This document shows, in pieces, positions 40,923 through 52,816 of a stretch of 64,000 nt of DNA (positions are counted from its first letter, which is position 1; each line of letters starts with the position of its first letter). The stretch lies in NCBI GenBank assembly GCA_965197645.1, contig OZ240219.1:576001-640000 (forward strand). The letters are read 5' to 3'. This stretch comes from Dehalococcoidia bacterium (GTDB taxonomy: Bacteria; Chloroflexota; Dehalococcoidia; Plut-88900). The notes under the pieces are model-generated. The model searched no databases and had not been told where the DNA came from. It was given only the letters and a program-made list of their open reading frames with translations. A program made the position numbers and the translations under genes.

Positions 40923-42107
40923 CTAGTCCCTGGGAAGCCCCAGACCCCTTCTGGCTATGATTCCCCGCTGTATCTCGGAGGTTCCGCCGGCAATGGTAGC
41001 CGATACCGAAAGGAGATAGTCCTTACCGTAGATGCCGCCGGCCGGGGCGTGCTTGGAGTCCTGGTCGAGAAGGCCATAGAGGCCCAACATCGCCGTGGCG
41101 GCCCTGGCCTGCCGTTGCTGGGCCTCGGTGGCGAACAGCTTGCACATGGAGGCCTCCTGGTTGGGGACCAGCTTCTGGCCCTGCATCCAGGCTATCCGGT
41201 AGCACATGAGACGGACTATCTCGATATCGATGGCGATGTCTGCCAGCCGTGCCCGGTTCTTCATGTCCAGGCCGCCATTCCCGTTGGACTCCTTGACCAG
41301 CTGCAACAGGTCATCGAAGCCTCGCTTCATGCTTGCGGCCTGGGAAATGTATGACCGCTCGTAGTCCAGGGCCACCGCGACGTAGTACCAGCCCCTGTTC
41401 TCATCGCCGACGCGGTTCCGCTTGGGCACCCTTACGTCCTCGAAGAAGATCTCGTTGAAGTGGTGGCTGCCGGCCATGTTCACGATGGGACGCACTGAGA
41501 TACCAGGGCTCTTCATATCGACGAGCAGCAGGCTGATCCCCTTGTGCTTGGGCGCCTCGGGGTCGGTGCGAACGGCCAGCCAGCACCAGTCCATTTTGTG
41601 CCCGCCGCTGTTCCATATCTTCTGGCCGTTGACCACGTAGTCGTCGCCGTCGGAAACGGCCCGGGTCTGCAGCGACGCTAAATCCGAGCCCGATTCGGGC
41701 TCGCTGTAGCCGGTGCACCAGAACCGTTCGCCCGCTCCGATCTTCGATATGTGTTCCTTCTTCTGTTCTTCATCGCCATAGATCATCAGGGTAGGCCCGA
41801 CCCAGCTTATCCCACCTACTCCCATGTCCATGCAGGCGGAAGGCATGCGGTTGTATGCCATCTCCTCCAGGTAGACCACCTGCTCCATGATGGGCCGGTC
41901 CTGGCCGCCGTAGTCCTTGGGCCAGGAGATGGTCAGCCAGCCCTTGTTGGCCAGCTTCTTGGCCAAGCCTCGGGTGTACTCCCACCCCTCCTCGTACTCT
42001 TCACCCTCGGTCAAGAAGCCTCCGCCGTCTCCAAATTTCTCTTTCTCGATAAACTGCTTGACTTCCGTGCGAAACTTCTCTTCTTGTTTTGTGAATACGA
42101 AGTCCAT
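40923..42107 (-). CDS. Acyl-CoA dehydrogenase family protein
   Basis: YSEPESGSDLASL, NGQKIW, FNEIFFEDV, TIAGGTSEIQR. Confidence 0.95.
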   Translation of the reverse strand: MDFVFTKQEEKFRTEVKQFIEKEKFGDGGGFLTEGEEYEEGWEYTRGLAKKLANKGWLTISWPKDYGGQDRPIMEQVVYLEEMAYNRMPSACMDMGVGGISWVGPTLMIYGDEEQKKEHISKIGAGERFWCTGYSEPESGSDLASLQTRAVSDGDDYVVNGQKIWNSGGHKMDWCWLAVRTDPEAPKHKGISLLLVDMKSPGISVRPIVNMAGSHHFNEIFFEDVRVPKRNRVGDENRGWYYVAVALDYERSYISQAASMKRGFDDLLQLVKESNGNGGLDMKNRARLADIAIDIEIVRLMCYRIAWMQGQKLVPNQEASMCKLFATEAQQRQARAATAMLGLYGLLDQDSKHAPAGGIYGKDYLLSVSATIAGGTSEIQRGIIARRGLGLPRD

Positions 42108-42175
42108 ATCGAGCTTTCTCCCCCTGTTTGCTCTTGTGATGCGCTGACACTGTTGATTATACCAGACCCGCCGTA

Positions 42176-43591
42176 TCAGACTTGGGCTAGTCTCCTGCCC
42201 TCTTCCAGCAGCCTGCTCACCTGCTCCAGACTCTCGCTTTCGGCGTAGATGCGCATGAGCGGCTCGGTGCCCGAGAACCGGACCAGGAGCCAGCTGCCGT
42301 CCTCCAACGTGAACTTCAGTCCGTCCGTGACATCGAAGTCGGTGACGGCCCAACTATCCAGCTCGAGTGGTGGGTCCGCCGACACTCTCTCCACGATGCG
42401 GCCCTTGTCTTCAGCCTCCAGGTGCAGGTCTATCCGGCTGTAGTGATGAGGGCCGACGACGTCGTAGAGGTCGGAAAGCAGGCGGGACACGGATTTTCCG
42501 GTGCCGGACATCATATCCAGGATGTAGAGGGACGAGAGTATCCCATCCCGCTCCGGGATGTGGCCCCGGAACCCGAAACCCCCGCTCTCCTCACCCCCTA
42601 TCAGGGCGTTCTCCCTCATCATGACCGGACCGATGTGCTTGAAGCCCACCGGAGTCTCGTGGACGGTAACACCGTAGATCTCGCCCAGCCGGTTGATCAT
42701 CCTGCTGGAGGTGATGGACTTGACCATGGGCCCCCGCTCCCCTCGAACCTCCAGCAGGTAGTAGGCCAGAAGCCCGAAGATCTGGAGCGTGGTGAGGATG
42801 TTCCCGTTTTCGTCGGCGAGGCCCACCCGGTCGGCGTCCCCATCGGTGGCCAAGCCCACGTCGTATCCCAGGCGCCTCACGCGGCGGCTGAGCTGCCCAA
42901 GGTTACGATCGATGGGCTCGGGCTGGGCCAACCCCGGGAACCGGGGGTTGTGGGCCCCGTGGATCTCGCTCACGGTGGTAGCACCGCCCGCCAGCAGCGA
43001 TTTCAGATAGCCGGCTCCTGCCCCGTACATCGAGTCCACCACAATCTTGATCCCACTGCTGCTCAGTCGTTCCAAGTCCACCAGGCGGGATAGCTGGTCC
43101 GCATACTCGGCCCTCAGGTCCACCCGCTGCACGTCGCCGTCTTCGATCCGCGCCGGTGGAGCGCCGCCCGCCTCCAGCACCTTTCCGATGTTCGCCTCCA
43201 GGGCCTCCACGATCTCCGGCGAGGCGCTGCCGGCATACTCGGGCTTGTACTTGAAGCCGTTCCACTCGGGTGGGTTGTGGCTGGCAGTGATGATAACGGC
43301 CCCGGCGGCCCTGCGGGTCACGATTCCATAGCTGACTACGGGGGTTGGGGTGGGCCGGTTGCACAGGTAGCAGGGGATGCCGTTGGAGGCCAGAACACCG
43401 GCAACGGCCTCGGCGAACTTGTCCGACAGGAAACGGGTATCGAACCCTACGACAACGCCTCGCTCTGCTAGCCCAAGCTGCATGACGTAGTCGGCGACCC
43501 CTTGGGCGCAGGCTCGAACGTTGGAGAAGGTGAAATCATCGGCTATGACGGCTCGCCACCCATCGGTGCCGAACTTTATCGGGCTGGACAT
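42176..43591 (-). CDS. Phosphoglucomutase/phosphomannomutase family protein
   Basis: FGTDGWR, TASHNP, DGDADR, GEESG, RFSGTEP. Confidence 0.97.
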   Translation of the reverse strand: MSSPIKFGTDGWRAVIADDFTFSNVRACAQGVADYVMQLGLAERGVVVGFDTRFLSDKFAEAVAGVLASNGIPCYLCNRPTPTPVVSYGIVTRRAAGAVIITASHNPPEWNGFKYKPEYAGSASPEIVEALEANIGKVLEAGGAPPARIEDGDVQRVDLRAEYADQLSRLVDLERLSSSGIKIVVDSMYGAGAGYLKSLLAGGATTVSEIHGAHNPRFPGLAQPEPIDRNLGQLSRRVRRLGYDVGLATDGDADRVGLADENGNILTTLQIFGLLAYYLLEVRGERGPMVKSITSSRMINRLGEIYGVTVHETPVGFKHIGPVMMRENALIGGEESGGFGFRGHIPERDGILSSLYILDMMSGTGKSVSRLLSDLYDVVGPHHYSRIDLHLEAEDKGRIVERVSADPPLELDSWAVTDFDVTDGLKFTLEDGSWLLVRFSGTEPLMRIYAESESLEQVSRLLEEGRRLAQV

Positions 43592-43617
43592 CTGTACCTC
43601 AGGGCAATAATCAGGTC

Positions 43618-44292
43618 CTATTCTCCATCGGAAAGGATGCGAAAGGTCCCCAACAGGAACTGGATGTGCCTGGTGGTGAACGGGGTATTCTCCAGGCCTC
43701 GAGACCGGGTAACGGTGACCAGATAGACGTCGTCCTGGTGGGTGACGAAAGCAGCGAACTCCTCGAAGGGAAAGTCCGCTCCCCCATAGGCGTAGGCCAT
43801 GATAACGGTCTCTCGACCGTCCTGTGTCGTCAGGGCCGGATCAAACAGTACATCCACTTCGGAGACCCTGGCTACGGCGCCCAAGTGCTGGTCTACAAAA
43901 TCCTCCAGGGGTATGGTGGTCAGTAGAGACGGTACGACCAGTACCCTGATCACTCCGAAGAACTCTTCGCTGATGATCTGCACACTTTGACCATCCGCCG
44001 ATTCGGTCAGCTGCCAACCTTCGGGGTGCAGAATTGCGTAGGGAAACTCGGCGTTTCGATACTCGACGCCATCCAGCTCTCCGCTGATGCCGGAAGGAAC
44101 GGTTGGTACAGGCGTCTCCGTCCCGGCGACGGGGGTGTTCTGCTCCGGGATAGAGGTGGCCGTTGGCGTCATGGCAAGGGGAGTATCCTGGTCAGGGACC
44201 GGAGTGGCCGTTGGCGTCGAATCGGTGGGCCGGCAAGACAGGGCGACAACAATGACGATCAAGAGAACTGTCAGCCTTAGATAAATGGGCAC
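43618..44292 (-). CDS. Putative lipoprotein, possible PsbP-like fold, with a Thr/Pro linker
   Basis: Hydrophobic signal plus VALS-C lipobox; PTATP repeats; YAILHPEGW; start (GTG 44292) is inferred. Confidence 0.6.
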   Translation of the reverse strand: MPIYLRLTVLLIVIVVALSCRPTDSTPTATPVPDQDTPLAMTPTATSIPEQNTPVAGTETPVPTVPSGISGELDGVEYRNAEFPYAILHPEGWQLTESADGQSVQIISEEFFGVIRVLVVPSLLTTIPLEDFVDQHLGAVARVSEVDVLFDPALTTQDGRETVIMAYAYGGADFPFEEFAAFVTHQDDVYLVTVTRSRGLENTPFTTRHIQFLLGTFRILSDGE

Positions 44293-44477
44293 GATGCTTC
44301 CACTGTTACGGATTTCCCCTTCGCCTCTTGAGGCGCCGGACGTTGGAACGATTCTATCAGGGTGAACGCCGACTATGAAGATGTCCCGCTCACTAGCCCA
44401 GAGCTGCCGCGGTGAACACGCCGGCCCCTTTACCGTTGTCAGATGGGATATCATTACGTCCTGGGAGGTGTAATGAG

Positions 44478-45890
44478 ATGAACAGTGAAGATCTGGCCTT
44501 CGTGCCGGCCTGGCAGCTGCGGGATATGATCGCATCCAAAGAGGTCTCGCCCGTCGAGCTGGTAGACCTGTATCTACGGCGTATCGAACGGATCAATCCC
44601 CAGTTGAACGCCTACCTCACGATAGTAGAGGATCTGGCCCGGTCTGAGGCCAAGAAGGCGGAGGAGGCGGTCTCCCGTGGCGAAACCCTGGGACCGCTTC
44701 ACGGCATGCCCATTGCCATCAAGGACCTGGAGCAGACCAAGGGCATCCGGACCACGATGGGTTCGCTGATCTACAAGGACTCCGTGCCCGACGAGGACTC
44801 CATCGAGGTCGAGCGGCTGCGCGCCGCCGGCGTCATCATTCTGGGCAAGACCAACACGCCCGAGTTCGGCCTGCTGGGCGAAAGCAAGAACCGGCTAGGA
44901 GACGACTGCCGGAACCCGTGGGATGTCCGCTGCACCACCGGCGGCTCCAGCGGAGGTTCGGCCGCGGCCATAGCCTCGGGGTTGGCGCCCCTGTCCACCG
45001 GCAGCGATTCGGCAGGCTCGATAAACAACCCCGCCGGATTCTGCGGGGTCTACGGCATCAAGCCGACCCTGGGCCGGATACCCTGCTGGCCGGTGGGCGC
45101 GCCCTATCTGCTCACCCACTATGGGCCCCTCACCTGGACAGTGAAGGACGCCGCCCTGATGCTTCAGGCTGCGGCCGGCCACGATAGCCGGGACCCGATG
45201 GCTATGCGAGAGACGCCGCCGGACTTTCTGGCTGCCCTGGAGGCACCCCTGGGGGAGCTGAAGATTGCTTGGAGCCCGGACCAGGGATTTGCCCCGGTGG
45301 ACGGAGACGTGGTATCGGTATCTCGCAAAGCGGCTTTCGCATTCGAGGCGCTGGGCTGCAACGTGGAAGAGGTCAAGCTCGACCACGGCGATCCCTTCGA
45401 GTTCTATCTCCCCGTCAACTGGGGAGAAGGCTACGAAGGATCGGGCGACCTGCTGGCGAACCACCTCGATGAACTGCACCCCGAATCGGTCGAGGAGCTC
45501 CAAGCCGGTAGAGCACTAACCGTGGACCAGTACTCCGCAGCCCTCACCCGTCTGTGGCACTTCCGCAGCGAGATGGCCGATTTCTTCGAAGAATACGATC
45601 TGCTCATCACCCCCACCAACGCCGTGACCGCTTTCCCGGTGGGCGAGCAACCTTCGGAGATCGGCGGAACACCGGTGCGGCCCCACTGGACCACCTTCAT
45701 GCCCTTCCAGGTGTTCTGGAATCTGACGGGGCATCCGGTGGCGTCGGTGCCGTGCGGCTTCGGCTCGGACGGCCTGCCGGTGGGAATAATGATCGCCGCC
45801 CAGTGGGGGAGAGAAGACCTGGTACTGAGGGCATCGGCTGCGTTGGAGGAGGCCCACCCCTGGGCTGGCAAGCGCCCGCCAGTGTCCTAG
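44478..45890 (+). CDS. Amidase signature family protein
   Basis: IAIKDL, GKTNTPEFG, GGSSGGSAA, GSDSAGSI. Confidence 0.95.
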   Translation: MNSEDLAFVPAWQLRDMIASKEVSPVELVDLYLRRIERINPQLNAYLTIVEDLARSEAKKAEEAVSRGETLGPLHGMPIAIKDLEQTKGIRTTMGSLIYKDSVPDEDSIEVERLRAAGVIILGKTNTPEFGLLGESKNRLGDDCRNPWDVRCTTGGSSGGSAAAIASGLAPLSTGSDSAGSINNPAGFCGVYGIKPTLGRIPCWPVGAPYLLTHYGPLTWTVKDAALMLQAAAGHDSRDPMAMRETPPDFLAALEAPLGELKIAWSPDQGFAPVDGDVVSVSRKAAFAFEALGCNVEEVKLDHGDPFEFYLPVNWGEGYEGSGDLLANHLDELHPESVEELQAGRALTVDQYSAALTRLWHFRSEMADFFEEYDLLITPTNAVTAFPVGEQPSEIGGTPVRPHWTTFMPFQVFWNLTGHPVASVPCGFGSDGLPVGIMIAAQWGREDLVLRASAALEEAHPWAGKRPPVS

Positions 45891-45909
45891 AGGGGTGCTG
45901 AAAAACCCG

Positions 45910-46263
45910 TTTCGCGACCATCCCCCTGGCCCCCTTCCTGGCCAGGAAGGGGGAATAAGATGAGATAATTTCTGAGGGCCACCCTCAGACTCCCGGCAAA
46001 GGGGCTTTGCCCCTCTGCACACCCCTCGTACTTTGGCCTCAACCGGGGAGTCCAGAGGGCTTCCCTCTGGCAGGGGGCTTGGGGGGCGTGTCCCCAATAC
46101 ACTAAACGTCTCAGGGCGAGTGGGAGGGAAGAACCACCTGGAGTGGGGCAACGGCCAGACCTGGCTAGATTGCCACGCCCCGACTTCGTCGGGTCTCGCA
46201 ATGACGAGGTTGTCGCTGTCGGCGACGGGTGAGCCGGTCCTGAGGGGGTCGAAGGGAGCGAAG
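45910..46263. repeat. Composite repeat cluster: B(-) 45910-46025, C(+) 46046-46141, A(-) 46163-46263
   Basis: Direct similarity to the other copies; located between convergent genes. Confidence 0.9.
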
Positions 46264-46271
46264 TGAAGGTC

Positions 46272-47531
46272 TTAGCCGGCCTGTTCCTCGACCTGGGGAC
46301 TCACCTCGCCCTTTAGTCCCGCCTCGAACCTCAGCGCAGCCGCTTTGTCGGTGCGCTCCCAGGGCGCATCGATATCGTTCCGGCCGAAGTGACCGTAGGC
46401 TGCCGTGGGCCGGTAGATGGGACGGCGCAGGTCCAGGTCCCTGATTATCGCTGCCGGTCTCAGATCGAAGTGCTTGTCGATCAGCTTCTCGATCAGAGCG
46501 TCCTCCACCTTGCCCGTGCCGAAGGTCTCAACGCTCACGGATATCGGGTGGGCCATTCCTATAGCATAGGACAGCTGTATCTCCAACCGGTCCGCCAGTC
46601 CTGCGCCCACCAGGTTCTTGGCCACGTAGCGGGCCGCGTATGCCGCCGACCGGTCCACCTTGGTCGGGTCCTTGCCCGAAAACGCTCCGCCTCCGTGTCT
46701 GGCCACTCCTCCGTAGGTATCGGCGATGATCTTGCGTCCCGTAAGCCCCGCGTCCCCCATGGGCCCGCCGGTAACGAACCGGCCGGTGGGGTTAACGTAG
46801 AACTTGGTGCTGGGCCTGAGGAGCTGCTGGGGGATGACGTCGACGATGACGTGCTCCTGAAGGTCGTCGCTTATGACGCTCTGCGGCACTCCGGGATCAT
46901 GCTGAGTGCTCAGCACCACCGTATGCACGGACTGGGGCACACCATGCCGGTACTCCACCGTGACCTGGGACTTTCCGTCCGGCCTGAGATAGGGCAACGT
47001 GCCGTCCTTCCGAATGGCAGCCATCCGTTTGCACAGCTTGTGGGCAAGAGAGATGGTCAGCGGCATCAGCTCGGGGGTCTCATTGCAGGCGAACCCGATC
47101 ATCATCCCCTGGTCACCGGCGCCTATCTGGTCGAAGTTGTCCTCATCGTCGAAGGGGATCTCCTGCTCTTTGGCCTCGGCCGAGCGGTCTACGCCGAGGG
47201 CGATATCCCTGGACTGCTCCTTCAGCGAAACGATGACGCCGCAGGTCTCGTAGTCGAACCCGTACTCCGAGTGGGTGTATCCGGTGCTCCGGATGGTGTC
47301 CCGGGCCAGCTTGGGGATATCGACGTACGTATCGGTGGAGATCTCTCCCGCGATGAGCACCAGGCCGGTGGTGACCGAGGTCTCACACGCCACGCGTCCG
47401 TTGATGTCGTTGGCTATGACCCCGTCCAGCACTGCGTCCGATATCTGATCGCAGATCTTGTCCGGGTGCCCCTCGGTTATCGATTCCGAGGTGAACAGTA
47501 GGCTGGGGGAGCTCATGAAGGTCGTGGTCAT
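46272..47531 (-). CDS. metK: S-adenosylmethionine synthetase
   Basis: [27 protein letters not shown]. Confidence 0.99.
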   Translation of the reverse strand: MTTTFMSSPSLLFTSESITEGHPDKICDQISDAVLDGVIANDINGRVACETSVTTGLVLIAGEISTDTYVDIPKLARDTIRSTGYTHSEYGFDYETCGVIVSLKEQSRDIALGVDRSAEAKEQEIPFDDEDNFDQIGAGDQGMMIGFACNETPELMPLTISLAHKLCKRMAAIRKDGTLPYLRPDGKSQVTVEYRHGVPQSVHTVVLSTQHDPGVPQSVISDDLQEHVIVDVIPQQLLRPSTKFYVNPTGRFVTGGPMGDAGLTGRKIIADTYGGVARHGGGAFSGKDPTKVDRSAAYAARYVAKNLVGAGLADRLEIQLSYAIGMAHPISVSVETFGTGKVEDALIEKLIDKHFDLRPAAIIRDLDLRRPIYRPTAAYGHFGRNDIDAPWERTDKAAALRFEAGLKGEVSPQVEEQAG

Positions 47532-47582
47532 ATCTCTTCTCCTGTGGAATGGGGAGTCCGAAGGGTTGGATGTCCTATGCGT

Positions 47583-48863
<1,281 letters not shown>

Positions 48864-49036
48864 CTATGACTGCTATCTATCTAAACGTGCCGGTGTAGCC
48901 GGGCACGGACGGCCCATTATGATACTGGAAGGGCGCTTAGTCTACCCTCGTAGCGTAGGGAGGGCGGGTCGGAGGTCGTTTGGCTGGCACTAAAGATTCG
49001 AGGTGAATCCTTCATTCCTGTCGGGACGAGGCCGGC

Positions 49037-49387
49037 TTACTTTTCGACGGGATACTCGCTGTCGATCCACCCCTCGGTGCCGCCCTCAAGGTTGTACAGG
49101 TCGGAGTGGCCGTACGCAGCAGCGACCTCGCAAGCCAGCGCGCTGCGGACGCCGACGGCGCACACGAACAGCAGCTGCTTGCCGCTTTCCAGCTCGTCCA
49201 CCCTGTTGAACAGGTCGTCCACCGGAATCAGCTTGGCGCCGGGCACGTGGCCCGCTTCGTATTCATCGGGGTTCCGTACGTCGATGACCTTCACGTCGCC
49301 TCCTTCGATAAGCTCCTTGGCGGCGACGGTGTTGATCCTCTTGAAGGGCTCCCCCTGCTCCTGTCTGATCTGGGCTTCCATCTCCAT
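49037..49387 (-). CDS. Single-domain rhodanese
   Basis: IDVR..EY..GHVPGA, CAVGVRS, LEGG..W. Confidence 0.93.
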   Translation of the reverse strand: MEMEAQIRQEQGEPFKRINTVAAKELIEGGDVKVIDVRNPDEYEAGHVPGAKLIPVDDLFNRVDELESGKQLLFVCAVGVRSALACEVAAAYGHSDLYNLEGGTEGWIDSEYPVEK

Positions 49388-49498
49388 CTTCTCTCCTCGG
49401 TCTAGGTCTCAAGCTCCACGCAGCGCCTGACGTAAAGGCGTAACCTCTATTGTAACTTCTAAGGGAAGCCGTAGCCAGTGGTTACGCCTCGTGCTTGC

Positions 49499-50359
49499 CT
49501 AAACGTACTTACCGACAAGGAGCCCGAGGGACTGCTTGATCTCCGGAGGAATGCGGTCGGGAGCGGTGATGATCGCGCTTGAAAGGGCGCTGCCGCAGCC
49601 GCAGGCGTCCCGACCGGGCATCCTCGAAGTAAGGTCCCGCACTATTCGCTGCGAGACGGCGACGTTCTTCAGCAGGTTGTTCACCACCATCTCAACGCTC
49701 ACCGATTCGTGGGTCTGGTGCCAGCAGTCGTAGTCGGTGGCGCAAGCCAGGGTGGCGTAGCACAGCTCGGCCTCCCTGGCGAGCTTGGCCTCGGGAAGGG
49801 CCGTCATTCCAATGACGCTGGCGCCCCAGGACCGGTAGAGCTCGCTTTCGGCCCGGGTCGAGAAGAGGGGCCCTTCCATGACGACGTATGTGCCCCCGTT
49901 GTGGGTCCGCGCCCCCGCGGCCGAAGCAGTTTCGTACAACGCATTGCTGAGGCTGGGGCAGAAGGGGTCCGCGAACTGGGTGTGGACGACCAGGCCCTCT
50001 TCGAAGAAGGAGTTGACCCGGCTCTTGGTGCGATCGATGAGCTGGTCAGGCACCACCAGGTCCATGGGCCTTATCTCCTCTTTCAGACTTCCCACCGCGC
50101 TCACCGAAACGACCCACTGCACTCCCAGCGATTTCAGGGCAAAGATGTTGGCCCGGGCCGGAATATTGGTGGGATTGATACGGTGGCCCCTGCCGTGGCG
50201 AGGCAGAAACGCCACCCGTCGGCCTTCCAGCGTGCCTACTACGATGGCGTCGCTGGGCTCTCCGAAGGGAGTCTCGGGCCTGACCTCCTCGGTATCGGCG
50301 AGCCCGTCCATGCGGTACAACCCGCTGCCCCCGATGATGCCTATCTCTGCTTGTGCCAA
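49499..50359 (-). CDS. mtnP: S-methyl-5'-thioadenosine phosphorylase
   Basis: IGGSGLY, PRHG, EGPLFSTRAES, GMT..PEAKLARE, TDYD. Confidence 0.95.
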   Translation of the reverse strand: MAQAEIGIIGGSGLYRMDGLADTEEVRPETPFGEPSDAIVVGTLEGRRVAFLPRHGRGHRINPTNIPARANIFALKSLGVQWVVSVSAVGSLKEEIRPMDLVVPDQLIDRTKSRVNSFFEEGLVVHTQFADPFCPSLSNALYETASAAGARTHNGGTYVVMEGPLFSTRAESELYRSWGASVIGMTALPEAKLAREAELCYATLACATDYDCWHQTHESVSVEMVVNNLLKNVAVSQRIVRDLTSRMPGRDACGCGSALSSAIITAPDRIPPEIKQSLGLLVGKYV

Positions 50360-50382
50360 CGGTCGCCTCGCGATTCCTGTCT

Positions 50383-51411
50383 CTAAGCCCCTGCCACCAG
50401 GTCCTTCAACGACTCGGAGTAGGGCTCCCCGACGATTCCCTGCTCCGTGATGATAGCGGACACATACCGGTGGGGCGTCACGTCGAAGGCGGGGTTCGCC
50501 ACCGACACCCCTTCCGCCGCTACGCGCTGGCCGGCGAACTGGACGACCTCCTCCTCGCTCCGTTCCTCTATCGGTATCGCCTCCCCCGAGGGCATCGAGA
50601 GGTCCACGGTGCTTATGGGAGCGGCCACGTAGAAGGGGACCTGGTTCTCATTGGCCAGCACCGATATCGAGTAGGTGCCGATCTTGTTGGCTACGTCGCC
50701 GTTGGCGGCGATCCGGTCGGCACCGACGATGACGCAGTCGACTTCGCCTCTGCTCAGGAAGTGGCCAGCCATCGAGTCGGTGATTAGGGTCACGTCGATG
50801 GAGTCCCGGACCAGCTCCCAAGCCGTTAGCCGGGCGCCCTGGAGGAAGGGGCGGGTCTCGGTGGCTATCACCTTAAGATCAGTCCCCATTTTCACCGCGC
50901 TGCGGATTACTCCGAGAGCGGTGCCGTAGCCTGCCGTGGCCAGAGCGCCGGCGTTGCAGTGGGTCATCACCCGGCTCTTGCCCAGGAGAAGCTCTGCGCC
51001 CAGTGCCCCCATGCGACGGTTGGACTCTTCGTCCTGCCGTTGGATGGTGAGGGCCTCGTTCAGCAGCGCCTCCCTCATGCCCCTCATCTCCGTGTTCTCT
51101 ATCACTCGCTCCATCCGCTCCAGTGCCCACCGGAGGTTCACAGCGGTGGGCCGGGACGAGCCCAGGGCCTCAATGACCGGCTTCATCTTCCGGGTGAAGG
51201 ACCCTTTATCGGCTGCATCTATCGAGCTTGCGCCCAGGACCACGCCATAGGCGGCGGCCACCCCAATGGCCGGAGCCCCCCGGATGCGCATCTCCTTGAT
51301 GGCCCGGACCACGCCCTGGTGGTCGGACAGCTCAAGGTAGACCTCCTCCAGAGGCAGCCTGGTCTGGTCCAGCATCCGGACCTTGTTATCGACCCACTCG
51401 ATGGTTTTCAT
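50383..51411 (-). CDS. mtnA: Methylthioribose-1-phosphate isomerase
   Basis: RGAPAIG, RPTAVNL, THCNAG.LAT, ETRP..QG, NKIGTY. Confidence 0.97.
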   Translation of the reverse strand: MKTIEWVDNKVRMLDQTRLPLEEVYLELSDHQGVVRAIKEMRIRGAPAIGVAAAYGVVLGASSIDAADKGSFTRKMKPVIEALGSSRPTAVNLRWALERMERVIENTEMRGMREALLNEALTIQRQDEESNRRMGALGAELLLGKSRVMTHCNAGALATAGYGTALGVIRSAVKMGTDLKVIATETRPFLQGARLTAWELVRDSIDVTLITDSMAGHFLSRGEVDCVIVGADRIAANGDVANKIGTYSISVLANENQVPFYVAAPISTVDLSMPSGEAIPIEERSEEEVVQFAGQRVAAEGVSVANPAFDVTPHRYVSAIITEQGIVGEPYSESLKDLVAGA

Positions 51412-51476
51412 AGCTGAATCGCGGCCAGTATAAGGGAACGCCACCGGCTCGACAATTGGCGTGCGGTGCAGGCGCG

Positions 51477-51505
51477 TTGACGAAACTTTACATATTTGCT
51501 ACTTT
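51477..51505 (+). promoter_or_regulatory. Sigma70-type promoter
   Basis: TTGACG-17-TACTTT with TG extension. Confidence 0.65.
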
Positions 51506-51507
51506 AC

Positions 51508-51650
51508 CTTTGCCTGCCGAGATGTGCGGATCCCATGGAGGACTGAGCGTCCAACGTCAGCCAACGCAGCGGCAACAGCCGGGACAATGGATACCGGCAC
51601 TCCACAAAATGAAACTATCTTCCACGTCAGCGACACCGGCAAAGGCAATC
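51508..51650 (+). ncRNA. Candidate structured RNA (6S-like rod or leader RNA)
   Basis: End pairing TTGCCT-GCCG / CGGC-AA-AGGCAA, further nested stems and an A-rich internal bubble, directly after a promoter. Confidence 0.4.
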
Positions 51651-51670
51651 TAGGATAGGGAGGCGTCGAA

Positions 51671-52792
51671 ATGGGACGGAACGGATACAAAGTAATGGAC
51701 TCGGACCTGCACGTGCAGGAGCCCGCGGACCTGTACACCAACTACATGGACCCCAAGTGGGGTGACCGGATACCCAGAATAGAAGGGAAACGGAGCAGCG
51801 AGGAGGGCACCTACACCACCTCCGAGGGAACCCCTGTACGACGGTCTCAGGCGCAGAGTTTCCCGCCCATAGGCGCCCGGGAGGGGCATCGCTTTCAGGT
51901 AGGGCGGGACACCAACTTCGATTCGACCTCCCAGATCAAGGCGATGGACATAGAGGGAATCGACGTTGCCGTCATGTTCCGGACACTTCCCCTCTACACC
52001 GACGACGCTCACGAGCCCGAGTACGCGCTGGACCTGTGCAAGGCCTGGAACGACTGGATCACCGATTTTTGCAACGAGGACCCGGCCCGGATGAAGGGCG
52101 CAGGCCTGGTCCCTCTCCACGATGCGAACCTCGCTGCCGGTGAGGTACGCCGGATAGTCAAGGACCTCGGGCACGTTGGCATCTGTCTCACCCCCGAGCC
52201 TGCGGTGGGACGGCAGCTGCCGGATGCCTATTTCGATCCCGTGTGGGCCGAGTCCCAGGACCTGGACACGCCCATCTGCTTCCATCCCAGCTTCTCGCCC
52301 AACCAGGTCCACTGGTCGAACCGGTTCGCCGATATGTCGGGCCTCACCTGGCTGGTCGAGACCTTCGATCAGCCCATGGAGCAGATACTGGCGGTGGTGT
52401 ACATGACCGCCGGCGGCATCATGGACCGGTTCCCCAACATGAAGGTGGCCTTCCTGGAGGGCAACTGCACCTGGCTGCCCTGGCTACTCTACAGGCTGGA
52501 CGAGAGGTATGAGCTGTACGAAGGGCTTGAAGGTGTCATAGACCTTTCCCTCAAACCCAGCGAGTATTTCTTCCGGCAAGGCTTCATCTCGGTGGACGTG
52601 GACGAGTACCTGGTAACCGATGTCATCGCCCGATACGGTGACGATCATCTCGTCTTCACTACCGACTACCCCCACACCGACTGCAAGTTCCCCGAGGCCA
52701 CCAACACCTTCCTATCGATGGAGGACCTGCCCGACGAGACCAAGCGAAAGATCCTCTGGGACAATTGCGCCCGCCTTTACAGCATGAACTAG
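51671..52792 (+). CDS. Amidohydrolase family protein (paralog of 6321-7463)
   Basis: DSDLH, CFHP, DRFP..KVAFLE, DYPHTD. Confidence 0.9.
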   Translation: MGRNGYKVMDSDLHVQEPADLYTNYMDPKWGDRIPRIEGKRSSEEGTYTTSEGTPVRRSQAQSFPPIGAREGHRFQVGRDTNFDSTSQIKAMDIEGIDVAVMFRTLPLYTDDAHEPEYALDLCKAWNDWITDFCNEDPARMKGAGLVPLHDANLAAGEVRRIVKDLGHVGICLTPEPAVGRQLPDAYFDPVWAESQDLDTPICFHPSFSPNQVHWSNRFADMSGLTWLVETFDQPMEQILAVVYMTAGGIMDRFPNMKVAFLEGNCTWLPWLLYRLDERYELYEGLEGVIDLSLKPSEYFFRQGFISVDVDEYLVTDVIARYGDDHLVFTTDYPHTDCKFPEATNTFLSMEDLPDETKRKILWDNCARLYSMN

Positions 52793-52816
52793 GCGCATTT
52801 GCCTAAAAGACGCGTC

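Noticed and set aside
45889-45906. IS-end-like AGGGGTGCTGAAAAA
   Set aside because: No partner inverted repeat or transposase nearby
46389-47501. Long antisense ORFs (for example 370 aa opposite metK)
   Set aside because: Shadow frames expected from GC-rich codon bias opposite conserved genes
47550-47566. GGGGAGTCCGAAGGG between ahcY and metK
   Set aside because: Probably a family C remnant, but too short to support
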